Assembly: GCA_964016885.1 (NCBI GenBank)
Contig: OZ024744.1
Coordinates: 97,092,001 to 97,156,000, forward strand
DNA from: Eledone cirrhosa
Lineage: Eukaryota
Length of the DNA: 64,000 nt
Reading direction: 5' to 3'
Below the pieces are notes generated by a model. That model saw nothing but the letters and a program-made list of their open reading frames with translations, ran no database searches and was not told where the DNA came from. The translations under genes were made by a program, and so were the position numbers. Every line of letters begins with the position of its first letter. The first letter of the stretch is position 1. Of this stretch, positions 1-14,292 are shown in pieces.

Positions 1-410
1 TTAAACGTTGAGTTCAATCTATGTCTGCAGCATTTTAATATAAGTAGACTATTAATTATAGGTTAACTAAATTAAAGATAGTTAATATATTGATTTCTAA
101 GGTGTATACTACTTAGGTTTATAATATTTGAAGCGGAATTTTGAAGTTAAATAGTAGTAGAGTATTAATTATAGTATAACTAAATTAAAATTATTAACGT
201 TATGGTATCAATATTAGGAAATGAATTTAGTAATAGGGAAAAAACCAAATAAAGTACTACATCGGTAGTAGAATATAAATTATAGGTTAACTAAATTAAA
301 AATTATATATTAATTTCTATAGTATATGTTAATTAGGTTTATAATAATTAAAACAGATATTGTTTTATCTATAGTAGAATATAATTATAGGTAAACAAAA
401 ATTAAAATTA
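1..410. repeat. Degenerate AT-rich tandem repeat, period about 110 bp
   Basis: The motif ATTATAGGTTAACTAAATTAAA or a close variant recurs at about 55, 168, 279 and 384. Confidence 0.55.
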
Positions 411-482
411 ATATATACACATATATAATTTTCATAAGGAAAGTATATACTTTCGAACGTTCAACTATCTGGCAGATGGGTA

Positions 483-527
483 AACGGTGCTGATGATAGC
501 TAACAAGCTTGAAACTAGTACATCGTT
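483..527 (+). ncRNA. Minimal type I hammerhead ribozyme
   Basis: AACGGTG-CTGATGA-T-AGCT(AACA)AGCT-T-GAA-ACTAGT-A-CATCGTT. Stem I is 7 bp with one GU, stem III is palindromic, and the GUA site predicts a cut after 520. Confidence 0.8.
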
Positions 528-948
528 CCTGTGTCAGTGTTGAACAAAAAGGTGACGTGGTTGCCTTAACACCGTATGGCATAAATTCAGGCTGTTCAGT
601 TTGTTTACAAACGAACAAAGCGACGTTAGCGCCGCTAAACTGATACGTGCATATATGTATGTGTACCTGTATGCATATGTATATATATATGTATATATAT
701 ATATATATGTGCATGCTACTGTACGTCTGTATACATATATGTATGTACGTATACATGCATACTTACATTTAAGTAAGTGCCATACTAAGAGTGAGAAATG
801 AAATTTCGTTTTCATTTTGTTTCAATTTATCGTTTTCGGTATGCCTGACCGATTTAACTCACTCAATATGCAAATTAGGCTGCTCAGCCGTTAATTTTCA
901 TAAGGAAAGTATATACTTTCGAACGTTCAACTATCTGGCAGATGGGTA

Positions 949-993
949 AACGGTGCTGATGATAGCTAACAAGCTTGAAACTAGTACATCGTT
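949..993 (+). ncRNA. Minimal type I hammerhead ribozyme (second copy)
   Basis: Identical to 483-527; predicted cut after 986. Confidence 0.8.
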
Positions 994-2420
994 CCTGTGT
1001 CAGTGTTGAACAAAAAGGTGACGTGGTTGCCTTAACACCGTATGGCATAAATTCAGGCTGTTCAGTTTGTTTACAAACGAACAAAGCGACGTTATAATAA
1101 GCGCCGCTAAACTGATACGTGCATATATGTATGTGTACCTGTATGCATATGTATATATATATGTATATATATATATGTGCATGCTACTGTACGTCTGTAT
1201 ACATATATGTATGTACGTATACATGCATACTTATATATATATGTGTATATATAAATGAGAGGTATAGAGATTGTTTTAGCGAGAAGCTAACAGCATTCTA
1301 TAACATAACTATATATATATATGTGTGAGTATACGTGTGTGCGAGTGTGTATGTGTATATCTTGCATACATGAGTGTGAGTCCATGTGCCCATACCCATG
1401 TGTATGTATGTGTATGTATATATGTAAAATACCTTCTACATCGCCTCTCACCTTCCCCCCATCTCTGTCGTTCGCCACCCCCACCGATACTCCCCCATTC
1501 TCCATATTCGTGTCCGCATGCGCGCATGCACATACATGTGTGTACATATACATATGGCTGTGTGTGAGCGTATGCCGATATGTGTGGGCAAGGATGTGCG
1601 TATGTGTCTTATGTTGTGTGTGTTTATACAACAATATATGTGCACATATATACATATATGTGTGTACGTATACGTATATACAAAGTATCTGTCAGACGGA
1701 GCGTCTAGCTATGTATCTATGTAAGGACCTTGACGCCACCAATACATCCACCACACCACCACAAACGCCCCTACCATAGACAACGGCACCACTACCACAC
1801 CCCCACCCACATGCCAACCCGTCTACTGACAATCCACTAACCTCACACCACAGCCCATCCCACTAAATAACCTTAACCACCACCATATCTTCACATCCAC
1901 CCCCACATACTCTACACGCCAAGGCCAACCCACCACCACCACACCACAGCCCATCTCATCCACCCCCCGTCACCAACATCTCACCATCACACCCACCCCC
2001 ATATACACTACAGGTCAGTACATCGCCTTGATCCTTCTCACCAATCAAAACAACTCATTTTGTCAAACTCTTGAAACTCTGACTTTACCACATAACATGT
2101 ATTTCATTTTCTTATAGCATTTTAAGAGGGTCCGTCGAGCTGCCGATTATTGAGTCGGGTAGGATCGATATAGATCGAACCTTGAGCTGATCAGTGGCGA
2201 AACGCGTGTCACCTATCAATAAATGCAATGAAGGAATAATCAATGGTCCTTTTTATCCTTTCTCTCTCTCTATATATATATATGCAAAAGTTCTATTTAA
2301 ATTGTTGGGATACAACAAGCAAATATTTTTATAACTGATATAAAGCACTCGACTAGTATTTGGAGTAAATATACGATATTAACAAATGGAAAGTATATTT
2401 ATAAAACTGGTATATATTGT

Positions 2421-2483
2421 ATTTTGTCTGATGAAGGCATACCATAATTTAACATGGTATCCTTGAAATATGTATAATAAAAT
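2421..2483 (+). ncRNA. Decayed hammerhead ribozyme
   Basis: CTGATGA-AGGCATACCAT(AATTTAAC)ATGGTATCCTT-GAA-ATATGT-A. Stem II is good, stem III is near-palindromic and the proximal stem I is weak. Confidence 0.55.
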
Positions 2484-2523
2484 AGATATGGTTTTATAAA
2501 TATAGTTTCCATTTGTTAATATC

Positions 2524-2849
<326 letters not shown>

Positions 2850-3104
2850 CAGGAAAGAAGGTTGACATGGTTTGCTAGACAAAAAAGGTTTTTAATCTCA
2901 TAGCTGACAATTGTTTCTCTGAACTGGTAGGTCACAGAAATATCTCAAGTGTTTACAACATAGGAATTACGGCATTCCCGCAGCATCACTATGAAAACGC
3001 TTTGTTGAGTCAAACCAAGCCAAGCGTTGATATCATCCACTACCTGGAATACCATAACTGGACTATACCTAAGTGGACTGCATTTAACTATTATTTGTTA
3101 CCCC

Positions 3105-3559
<455 letters not shown>

Positions 3560-3570
3560 TACATATATAT

Positions 3571-4527
3571 ACTAGACATGAAAAATGCGCAAGCTCAAAA
3601 GTGCCACAGAATGTTATAATAAACCTTCAAAAGTGTGGGACTAGAGTTGTTGCTAAAAAATATTGTAATCATTATATATCGTACATTCTGTGGCATCCTT
3701 TATAAAAATAGCTTAAACCAACGAAGCCTTTATTTTTACGCTATTTCACTTAGTTAATTCTTAGAGTGTAACATATAAAAATATGATTTACAACTATAAA
3801 ATAAATTAATTAATATAATAACAGAGCTGCGGAGCTGAAATTTAGGAAATAATGGAGTATCGGATCCTGAGTTGGAGCCAGTCAATTTTTGACCGACTCC
3901 GCAGCCCTGTATAATACATTTCATATTAAAGTTATTAATAAACCTATTTTACACTTCATGCAAATTACCACGAGATATTGATATTAGATATAAGATACAG
4001 CGCAATATCTACAGCTGTAAAAGTACGAAAGCGAAGTAATAATAAGTGGCTTAAGGTAATTCCAATATGAAAGTTTGTAGTGATAAAAATTTGATAATGC
4101 AATACGATTGTTAATATTATAGTTCTATGAAAATGTAACAATAGATAACTAAATTATTTTACTATTAGTATATTTAAGAAATTATCATTATAGATTTGAT
4201 CGTTCATATAAGCATCATATTAAGTTTCAACACAATTATTTTGTTACTATGAGTATATGATAATAATATTACGTAATTATTTATAGCTGTTATTACATTA
4301 AACATAGATGTATTTATTTTTATATGTTACACTCTAAGAATTAACTAAGTGAAATAGCGTAAAAATAAAGGCTTCGTTGGTTTAAGCTATTTTTATAAAG
4401 GATGCCACAGAATGTACGATATATAATGATTACAATATTTTTTAGCAACAACTCTAGTCCCACACTTTTGAAGGTTTATTATAACATTCTGTGGCACTTT
4501 TGAGCTTGCGCATTTTTCATGTCTAGT
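3571..4527. repeat. Fold-back element with near-perfect 213-bp inverted arms
   Basis: 3571-3783 is the reverse complement of 4315-4527. Confidence 0.85.
3822..3909. mobile_element. hAT-type MITE (88 bp)
   Basis: Terminal inverted repeats (TIRs) CAGAGCTGCGGAG / CTCCGCAGCCCTG; flanking 8-mers TATAATAA / TATAATAC match 7/8 as a target-site duplication (TSD). Confidence 0.6.
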
Positions 4528-5644
4528 TTAATATTTTTTTAAGGCAACGCTTGTAATAACTCTAGTTAAACAGGATATATATTAATAATAAATTATCGTT
4601 GTAATGTAATTAGATTATGTAATTGTTATTATAAATTATCTTATAAATATTAGTGTAAGATGTATAAAAATATTTTCAGACTTTTAATATAAACAACTAC
4701 AAAAAACAATCAATATTAAATCAATATATTATACATAATAGAAAACATAAAATATACAATACAAAAACAAAATATTTACATACAATTGCAATTATCAGTG
4801 TATATACATTTTCTTTATATTCCCTGAGCAAATTAATAAGATTTGTTTTTATTGTACATAATTTGATGACTTGTTGGAGTGTATTAAAAGATAGCAACAA
4901 TTTGTGATTAAATTGTTATCTTAAGCAACTCACTTTTTAATAGTTGTTGGCTGAGCGAAATTGTAAAAGCCTATGAGCAAATATAAAAAAAAATACACAA
5001 ACAACATTTCCTTGTGTTATTACAACATTAGATAAAATAATTGAGCAATGTCGTTATATTTTGCTCTTATTGCACATTAATAGTGTTTCTATTTTTCGGC
5101 ACAAATCCATTACGGCAGTCCATTACTGGTACTTTATTTTATCGAATTAGTAAGTATGAAAGTCGAAGTTAACCTCGGCAGGATTTGAACTTAGAATGCA
5201 AAGGACCATAACAATACTGCAAAGCATGGTGTCTGACGCTCTACCAATACTTGTGTTGAGCTGGTCATTAATTTATGGTGGTCGTGCGTGGAGTAGAGCA
5301 ATCGCTAGTTGAAATATTATGAACAAAACATTTTTATTTGCCGAAGAACATATTTTCAATACTGTTTGTGAATGTGACGAAGGAAATACATTCTGATATG
5401 GAACAGTGTACAAAGTGTGTCTGTGAATAACATAATGTTACCTCATGTTGTTGTCAAGACATAATGGATTTCGTTTATCCAGTTAGAAGATGAAACCTAG
5501 CCATCTCGGATTAGTTATATTTCATGCCATGTGTAAACGTGTTTGAGGATAGCAAAATATGCGCGTTAATTATAATAATTAGTTAATAATATTACAAAAT
5601 ATACCTAATTAAACTCTTTGCTTGAAATTTTATCATTCTTCGTT

Positions 5645-5686
<42 letters not shown>

Positions 5687-5910
5687 TTTATCTAGTCCTT
5701 CGCTCAAGATTAATCTATAAGTTTAGATGTTTGCCTTCGTTTAAGTAAATATTACAGTAAGATTTTTAATATAAACAACTGCAAAAAACAATTAATATTA
5801 AAACGAAAAAATTATCAATGATAAAAGAAGCGGATGCAACTTTTTTTTTTATAAAGTTATATTCCTGTTTCTTTAAAGAACATTTCATTTTTGTTCTATT
5901 GTAGGCGAAA

Positions 5911-6101
5911 TAATTGTTTCTACTTTAGGCACAAGGCCAGCAAATTACCCAGTACATTACTGGTACTTTATTTTATCGACCCCGTAAGGATGAAAGGCAA
6001 AGTTAACCTCGGCGGGATTTGAACTCAGACTGTAAAGGGACGTAACTATGCTAGAAAGCATGGCGTCCAACCCTCTACCGATACTGCCAATTCACCGCCC
6101 T
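5911..6101 (-). mobile_element. tRNA-derived SINE with Nin-like domain (representative copy)
   Basis: Minus strand has A box TGGCAGTATCGG, B box GAGTTCAAATCC and CTTTGCCTTTCATCCTTACGGGGTCGATAAAATAAAGTACCAG. Other minus copies or fragments lie near 5084-5250, 6251-6298, 7351-7437, 11717-11889, 37819-37940, 40008-40195, 40989-41310 and 42877-43090. Confidence 0.85.
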
Positions 6102-6502
6102 GTAGGCGAAATAATGCAATGGTTTAATAGGGAAGATATAACTTACGAATTATGTCTCTAACCGTGTAACGCTTTTTAAGTAGATAACTACAATTGAAAA
6201 TACTAAAGAAATGGAACCAACAATTCAATTTGAAAGTCGTCTAGTGACAGTGTATTACTGGTACTTTATTTTATCGACCCCGTAACGATGAAAGGCAAAA
6301 ATGCAAATGCTTAAAATTTAAATTGCCTTAATTCTATCGTCTGCTGTTTCATTAAAGGGAGATTATCGTCTGTATTTAATTCTATCGTCTACTGTTCCAC
6401 TAAACAGATATACCTCCACTATCGTCTCTATTTATACATTTTAACTTATAACTTATACACATTTGATTTGAAATATTTTATCTAGTCCCCCCTCTCAATA
6501 TT

Positions 6503-6546
6503 ATGATGATTTCTTTCGAATGAAACAGTTCTAGTCCTGTAGAAGC
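6503..6546 (+). ncRNA. Decayed hammerhead, same family as 33645-33738
   Basis: ATGATGA-TTTCTTTCGAAT-GAAACAGTTCTAGTCCTGTAGAA; C3 and the 5' strand of stem I are lost. Confidence 0.45.
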
Positions 6547-7566
6547 CATTTATATATATAATTGAACTGAGTTAAAAATTCACAATATTTATAATTAAAT
6601 AAGCTCATATATATATGTGTGTATTTATCTGTTTATTGTATTATATATAATGTGTGTATATACAGGATGTCCCCCAAAAATATATACACACTTCAACAGC
6701 ATTCTAATAACTATTGCCTGTACAGGTAATCAAAGTGTCAATCGAATGTTAGTTTCGTGTTTTAACAGTACAAATTTACAATACACACATAAAACCAGTG
6801 TATATACATACATGAGTGTGTATACACATACATGAATGTGTATATACAATATATATGTATATATATATATAGACACATGTATTCACGGTGCAACGGTACA
6901 TTAAAATATAGATGCGGGAGAGGGGGTGTATATATAGGGGCGCTGGGGATAAAGGAGTGTAAAGCGTGTGTAATTGATATATTGAAGGAGAGGAGCGTGC
7001 AGCGATAGAGTAACAAATATATAGAGAGGGGGAGAGATGGTATTGAAGGGGAGGAGTGCAAAGCGAAAGAGTAAGAGATATAAATAGAGACGGAACAGAT
7101 AGAGAGAAACAGGCGTAAGTAACAGTGGAAGAGATATAGAGAGAGGTACTCTGATTGGTTGAAAATTAGCCAATCACATACGATCACCACCACGGCTATC
7201 CCCGAAAAATTTTTAAAGAAGCTAGGCATATATGTTAGAAGACGAAAAGTGAACATTCTGTGTTTCACACTTTTCGTGTTCTAACAGATATATATATACA
7301 TATATACATATTATTCAAAGTTATTCAAAGTTATATATATATAAAAATATATAATTGTTTCTACTTTTGGCACAAGGCCACCAAATACCCAGTGCATTAC
7401 TGGTACTTTATTTTATCGACCCCGTAAGGATGAAAAGCTAAAATAATATTATTTATAGTTATGTATACACTATATACTACTATCGTTTCTTCCAAACTAT
7501 CATTTGGAAGAAACGATTGTCAGCAATAGAATGATTTGAACATAGCTTTGATTATTGTGTAATATA

Positions 7567-7621
<55 letters not shown>

Positions 7622-7675
7622 AATTAGTATCAGTGCTCTGAAATAGCGATGTATACATGAATGTGTGTATAATAT

Positions 7676-8087
7676 ATTTGGTAATATACTGTATGTTTAA
7701 TTAAAAACATTTTGAAGACCATTCGCTATGAGTTTTAAAGTAGTGACTACGGCACTTACTTATTCTCGGCAAAAACTTCTTCGCTTCTTAGCGTTTACCA
7801 AGAACAAACACTCCCTTGCCTTTGTCGAAAATTATAGAAGCTGGATTCTTATAGAATTCCAGTAATAATTAAGAGCTGATTAATCAAAGCGATTGTCAGC
7901 CCAGCAAAAAGTAGGTGTTAGTATTGGTGCGCTGAAATACCGATGTATACAAGCGAGAAACAGACTGTCGATCACTCTCCCTTTGTGTATGCCAAGAGTA
8001 AGTAAGTGATATAGTCCCTACTTTAAAACTCACAGCGAATGGTCTTCTAAATGTCTTTTAATTAAACATACAGTATATTGCCAAATA
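7676..8087. repeat. Diverged inverted repeat, arms about 90 bp
   Basis: About 7676-7765 matches the reverse complement of about 7997-8087. Confidence 0.7.
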
Positions 8088-8100
8088 TACTATACATACA

Positions 8101-8175
<75 letters not shown>

Positions 8176-8450
8176 CGGAGGAAATGTGGTAAGGAACCAG
8201 GTGGACCATAACGCACCAAAGTACACAATACTTAGGGTAGTAGAGTGGGTAATAGGAACGAGTAGGACCCCGACGGCTGAGCTCAAGCCGTTTCGACAAT
8301 CACTTTTACCATATATGGAATTACCCCTTGAGAAGCTCGGCTATTCCAATACCAGGATAAAAATTTTCATTTAGTCCAGAATTTACCCGTCGAAACGGCT
8401 TGAGCTCAGTCGTCGGGGTCCTACTCGTTCCTATATATATATATATATAG

Positions 8451-8610
8451 GGCGGGTAAAATTCCTGAGATCCATGGATGAGTTCTCTCCAGCGGTCTCT
8501 GTCCCTCATTATCGCTGCCATGTGCTGCGTCTCCAACATACCGGTGTCTGTCCTTAGGGTATCAACATACGTTAACCTTGGTTTTCCTCTTCCAGTGTGT
8601 CCATATAGGG
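8451..8610 (-). mobile_element. RTE-clade LINE 3' end fragment
   Basis: Translates GRGKPRLTYVDTLRTDTG...MRDRDRWRELI, typical of an RTE ORF C-terminus. Confidence 0.65.
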
Positions 8611-8865
8611 GCTCCCACAGGAGATATATAAATCTGAAAACATATTCAGTTGGTTCAGTTTTATTTAAAATCCGTTATATATATTTGACTGAGATCTATC
8701 AGTTATGATAGCCTGAGCTCTTCAAACGGCAAAGCCTATAAAACAATGAAAGTTCATACAAAACCTTTAAATTTGGAAAAATCCAATAATTTCTTCGAGA
8801 AAGGCTTTCCTTTCTTGACACAGGGGGCTGGCCGGACGTATGGTCTTGATAGTTAGACGGCCGGC

Positions 8866-8937
<72 letters not shown>

Positions 8938-9857
8938 AAATGTGTGTAATCCTTGGTACAGTTAGGTATATTAAGACAGGGGGGAAGAAAAAAATGGCTT
9001 CACTTGTGCTTTCAACAAATTTATTTTCTTCACAAAATCCCAAAAAATTTTTTCCGGATTAGAAAAAAATTTTTTTTTTTTAAATTTTATAAATTGAGTC
9101 GTTGGTTGTTGGTTAGGTCTTAGGAGTTCTTGGTTAACGTAGGAGCTATTGTTCCGTTTTTAGAAAGACCTTTCACGCTGAGGTGCGCTTGTCAAACTGA
9201 TGTGTATGTGGTGTGTTGTTCTATATATAGGGATTTAACATGATTGTGGTGCGGTGGGTTTATTTTCTCCCCCTTTAATAAGTGTAGGGGTGTAGGTGTG
9301 TTGAAAACATGTTAATAGCAGTAATGAGTTGAAGCAGTGAGTTGGGTTGGGTGGGGAGAAATGTGGCAAGCGCGGCCTGCCCCGGTCATTCTCGAAACAT
9401 TCCTTTATTCAGGGGAAAAAGCTTTTAGTATTCCTTTGTATTGAAAATGGTCATAGGCAAACCGCACCTGCCAAGCTTGTAAACAATTATTTTTTTCTGA
9501 AGAATTTTTCTACGTCCATCCCAAAATTAGTCCTTTGTTCAACACACACATATGTGCGTATATACGTACATACACACACGGGCATATGTAGAAATATATA
9601 GGCACACACCATCAATCACACACCCATGTACATATACATCCACATACATACATAAAAACATATAAAGACACATATAAAAACACATATAAAAACACATATA
9701 CACATACGTACACACACGAATATGTACTCATACCTCCACATGGGTATATGTATATACACATACACATACACATATATACACACATAAAGATACATAACTA
9801 AATATACATATATACACATACACACACACATACACACACACATACACACATAAACGT

Positions 9858-9894
<37 letters not shown>

Positions 9895-9983
9895 TATGTC
9901 CGTATATATACATCTGTTCACACATACATGCATACACACACACACATACACACACATATATATATATATATATAGAGAGGCAT

Positions 9984-10030
<47 letters not shown>

Positions 10031-10068
10031 AACACATACAGACACATACACACATATACATATATATA

Positions 10069-10106
<38 letters not shown>

Positions 10107-10264
10107 CACATACACATACAAACACATACATACACACATACATACATACACATACATATACATACATATATATATATATATACATACACATACATACATA
10201 TATTCATGTGTACACATAAGAGGGGGGGGGGTAGTAAAATGGAATTTTACCTCCGAGTGTTAAT

Positions 10265-11045
10265 TCATTTTTTCGTGTTCAGTAGTGGTTTAAATTTTTC
10301 AATGAAGAATTCTTCTTTATATCTGCGGAAATGTTCGTTATCCGACCATATCTTGAAGAAAGGGAAGATTGTGAATTTTCCCTTCCCGCATGATGCAAAG
10401 TGTGCGCTACATGTGGTATTTCTGACTGTGGGGTCTTTAATTTGTTGTTTATGTACCCGGACTCTATCATGTAGTCCCGTTCCGGTTTCCCCAATGTAAT
10501 ACTCTTTACACTGTGGACATGTTGCGCAATATATTAGGTTTTTCGTTTTGCAGTTCATGTTTGACCTTGAAATTATCATGGTTTTTGAAGGACAACTGTT
10601 TGCCCTCTTCGATGAGTTCACTGGTTCCACATCTAGGGTCCCCTCATTTCGTCACTTGCATTGATTCCATGTTGGTCGTAAATTTTGCCTTGGTAACTAG
10701 TTTTTTATGGTTGGGTGCTTGGCGTCTGCTATAAATTATCTGTGTGTTTTTTAAGAGTGCATTCATTTTGGTAGATTGCTGTAGAATCGGGAGATACTGC
10801 TTAGCAGTTTTCACAATGTTGATGTTCCCTGGGTTGTGAGTGATGACAAAAGAGATAGCAGGGTTTTCTTTTTTATGTTGTGGGTTTGGTTTTCTCAGTG
10901 TTGTTATTGGGATGTTCTTAGCCTTGGAGATGGCTGCGTTGATGAGTTTCATCGGGTATTCTTGTTTTTTAAGGAATTTTTTCAGGTCACATAATCTTTT
11001 TTCTTGTAGTACGGCGTGTGTTGCTATAGTGCAGATGCGCCTTGC
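10265..11045 (-). pseudogene. PLE ORF C-terminus with GIY-YIG endonuclease (Neptune-like), disrupted
   Basis: RRICTIA..., FVITHNP, NCKTKNLIYCATCPQCKEYYIGET...RVRVH...HF...EEFFIEKFKPLLN; TGA at 10644-10646 and a frameshift. Confidence 0.85.
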
Positions 11046-11304
11046 CTATGACCATTTTCGATACAAAGGAATACTAAAAGCTTTTTCCCCTGAATAAAGG
11101 AATTTTTCGAGAATGACCGGGGCAGGCCGCGCTTGCTACATTTCTCCACACCCAACCCTACTCATTGTCTCAACTCATTACTGCTATTAACATTTTTTCA
11201 ACACACCTACACCCCTACACTTATTAAAGGGGGAGAAAAAACCCCCCACCGCACCACAAACATGTTAAATCCCTATATATAGAACAACACACCACATACA
11301 CATC

Positions 11305-11341
11305 AGTTTGACAAGCGCACCTCAGCGTGAAAGGTCTTTCT
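11305..11341 (+). ncRNA. Candidate U3-A8 variant hammerhead in the pseudo-LTR (mirror copy 9162-9198 on minus)
   Basis: TTGACAA-GCGC(ACCTCA)GCGT-GAA-AGGTCT-T; stem I is weak. Confidence 0.4.
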
Positions 11342-11534
11342 AAAAACGAAACAATACCTCCAACGTTAACCAAGAACTCCTAAGACCTAACCAACAACCA
11401 ACGACTCAATTTATAAAATTAAAAAAAAAACAAAACAAATTTTTTCTTATCCGGAAAAATATTCTTTTTGGATTTTGTGAAGAAAATAAATTTGTTGAAA
11501 GCACAAGTGAAGCCATTTTTTCTTCCCCCCTGTC

Positions 11535-11687
<153 letters not shown>

Positions 11688-12326
11688 CAATCCTATATCT
11701 ACATCTTCCAATCGTATAATTGTTTCTTTTGGCACAAGGCCAGCAATTATCCAAGTGTATTACTGCTACTTTATTTTATCGACCCCCTGTAAGGATGAAA
11801 GGCAAAGTTAACCTCGGCGGGATCATAAAGGACCGTAAAACTTTGCTGCAAAACATGGCGTCAGACCCTCTACCGATATACTGCCAATCTATAATTGAAC
11901 GCCCTGTTATTTCAGGTCAACCAAATTTTTAGAGCTTCATCAGTTCTTCGACAACAGTAAAATTGTTCCTTGCGTCTGCCACGAAAACCTGTTGGTTTTT
12001 ATTAAACTATCATTGATTAGCTGTGTAGGTTTTCCTTCATATCTCTCTATCAGAATATATCACGAGAGAATCATCTATGACCCATATTACGTCGACTCTA
12101 GTAAATCCTAGTATTTGATTATGTTTTCCACACTCTTCATTCTATATTTTAATAATCTACAATCTTCTGTTCGTTAACATCTCATATATTTCTACGCAGA
12201 TTATTAAATCCGTAATTTTCCGTATATAGGCGTAATATACATGCAACTTAGATATTATCTCACGCCAGATATATATTGCTTTCGTGAACAGACCTCAAAC
12301 ACATCTAATTGAGAGGGGACAAGTTA

Positions 12327-12407
<81 letters not shown>

Positions 12408-12408
12408 T

Positions 12409-12467
<59 letters not shown>

Positions 12468-12613
12468 CTCTCTCTATCTCAAAAACAATCAGACGCTCTC
12501 ACTATTGGTATCAAAGAAAGAAATGCGTAGTATGTACTTCTTAAAACCATTACCTTCAAAATCTTAGCAAACTGCTAACCACCATAATCTCTTAGTGTCC
12601 TTTGTAGTGACCG

Positions 12614-14082
12614 TACATACATACATACATACATACATACATACATACATACATACATACATACATACATACATACATACATACATAACTGGTGGCTGCC
12701 AACTCGTTTTTCGAGTACGGCCACTACTTTATATCCATGTAGGAGAACCCCTACCGATGCGCTGAACGAGTGTGACTTTTTAGTCCAGCCAGCGACTTGA
12801 AAACTCTGGTACAAACACTACACCTGTGACAATTATTGACACATAGTGCTGGGCCCATGGTACCATGTGACGACAAGTGCAGAGAGATCTCCAGATATAA
12901 AGCAATGCCTGTGCCGTGAAGCTTTTATAGTGAGCAAAGGCACTGCACAAAGCCAGTCCCATTCTCTTAACCAAGATGATATTTACCAAAAAGAAGAACA
13001 AGTCAACATCATTGGATACCATCAGGGTTGCAGGTGTTATATCAGAGTTTTCCTTCTCCTAGAATTCTGCCTTGACAAAGGCTAAGGTGTCATCTCTCCC
13101 GGTGATTTTGGGTGGCCATTGACTCTTAAGAGCTCCTTTGCCCTTTGACAGGTTTTGTTTTTAGTCCTGCAGGATGTCCAAAGTCACCCTCCTCACCAAG
13201 GTTTCTAAACATACATACATACATACATGCAAGGCGACTAAACATACATACATACATACATACATACATACATACATACATACATACATACATACATACA
13301 TACATACATACATACATACATGGTGGCTGCCAACTCGTTTTCGAGTACGGCCACTACTTTATATACATGGAGGAGAATCCCTACCGATGCGCTGATCGAG
13401 TGTGACTTTTGAGTCCAGCCAGCGACTTGAAAACTCTGGTACAAACACTACACTTGTGACAATTATTGACACATAGTGCTGGGCCCATGGTACCATGTGA
13501 CGACAAGTGCAGAGAGATCTCCAGATAGAAAGCAATGCCTGTGCCGTGAAGCTTTTATAGTGAGCAAAGGCACTGCACAAAGCCAGTCCCACTCTCTTAA
13601 CCAAGATGATATTTACCAAAAAGAAGAACAAGTCAACATCATTGGATACCATCAGGGTTGCAGATGTTATATCAGAGTTTTCCTTCTCCTAGAATTCTGC
13701 CTTGACAAAGGCTAAGGGGTATCTCTCCCGGTGATTTTGGATGGCCATTGACTCTTAAGAGCTCCTTTGCCCTTTGACAGGTTTTGTTTTTAGTCCTGCA
13801 GGATGTCCAAAGTCACCCTCCTCACCAAGAAAATTTGGTGGGGTTGCCAGTTTAGTCGCCAACGACCCGACCATGAGACAGGTTGTACTGGGATACATGT
13901 TACCAGTAGCACCAACTGGTGACCTGACATAATACATACATACATACATACATGCATACATACATACATACTTACATACATGCATACATACATACATACA
14001 TACATACATACATACATACATACATACATACATACATACATACATACATACATACATACATACATACATACATACATACATA
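12614..14082 (-). repeat. Tandem duplication (~630-bp period) delimited by (TACA)n tracts; unit resembles an RTE LINE 5' region
   Basis: About 12690-13200 is nearly identical to about 13320-13829; the minus strand carries AGGAGAAGGAAAACTCTGAT. Confidence 0.7.
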
Positions 14083-14292
14083 AATCTGCAGATACTCCAC
14101 CCTGATTACACCTTCAGATTTATGCCTGTGATTATTGGGGCACTGGGATATGTTAGTAACTGCCTCAATACAAATCTTGAGAAGCTAGGCTTCACAGGAA
14201 CAGAAAGAACACAACAAGTTAGGAAATTACAAGTACAATCCATTAATGGAACAGTAAAAATATGTAAAACATTCCAAAGATTTTTCATCTAA
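14083..14292 (+). mobile_element. 3' fragment of a restriction-like-endonuclease non-LTR element (R4/Dong-like)
   Basis: Translates NLQILHPDYTFRFMPVIIGALGYV...LQVQSINGTVKICKTFQRFFI*; directly abuts (TACA)n. Confidence 0.7.

Larger units (their letters stand above)
426..1233 (+). mobile_element. Non-coding partial tandem repeat (466-bp period) with two hammerheads; retrozyme-like or tandem PLE pseudo-LTR
   Basis: 426-765 is almost identical to 892-1233, and each copy carries the same HHR motif. Confidence 0.7.

Noticed and set aside
5911-6101. tRNA genes
   Set aside because: The A and B boxes belong to multi-copy SINE heads, with no cloverleaf.
6657-6900. Tc1/mariner MITE (TA-CAGGATGTCCC; similar end at about 40464)
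   Set aside because: Only one terminal repeat is recognisable and no partner TIR was found.
11895-11950. Possible minus-strand HHR (CTGATGA-AGCTC...GACCT-GAAA)
   Set aside because: Stem II is mismatched and there is no convincing stem I, stem III or cleavage triplet.
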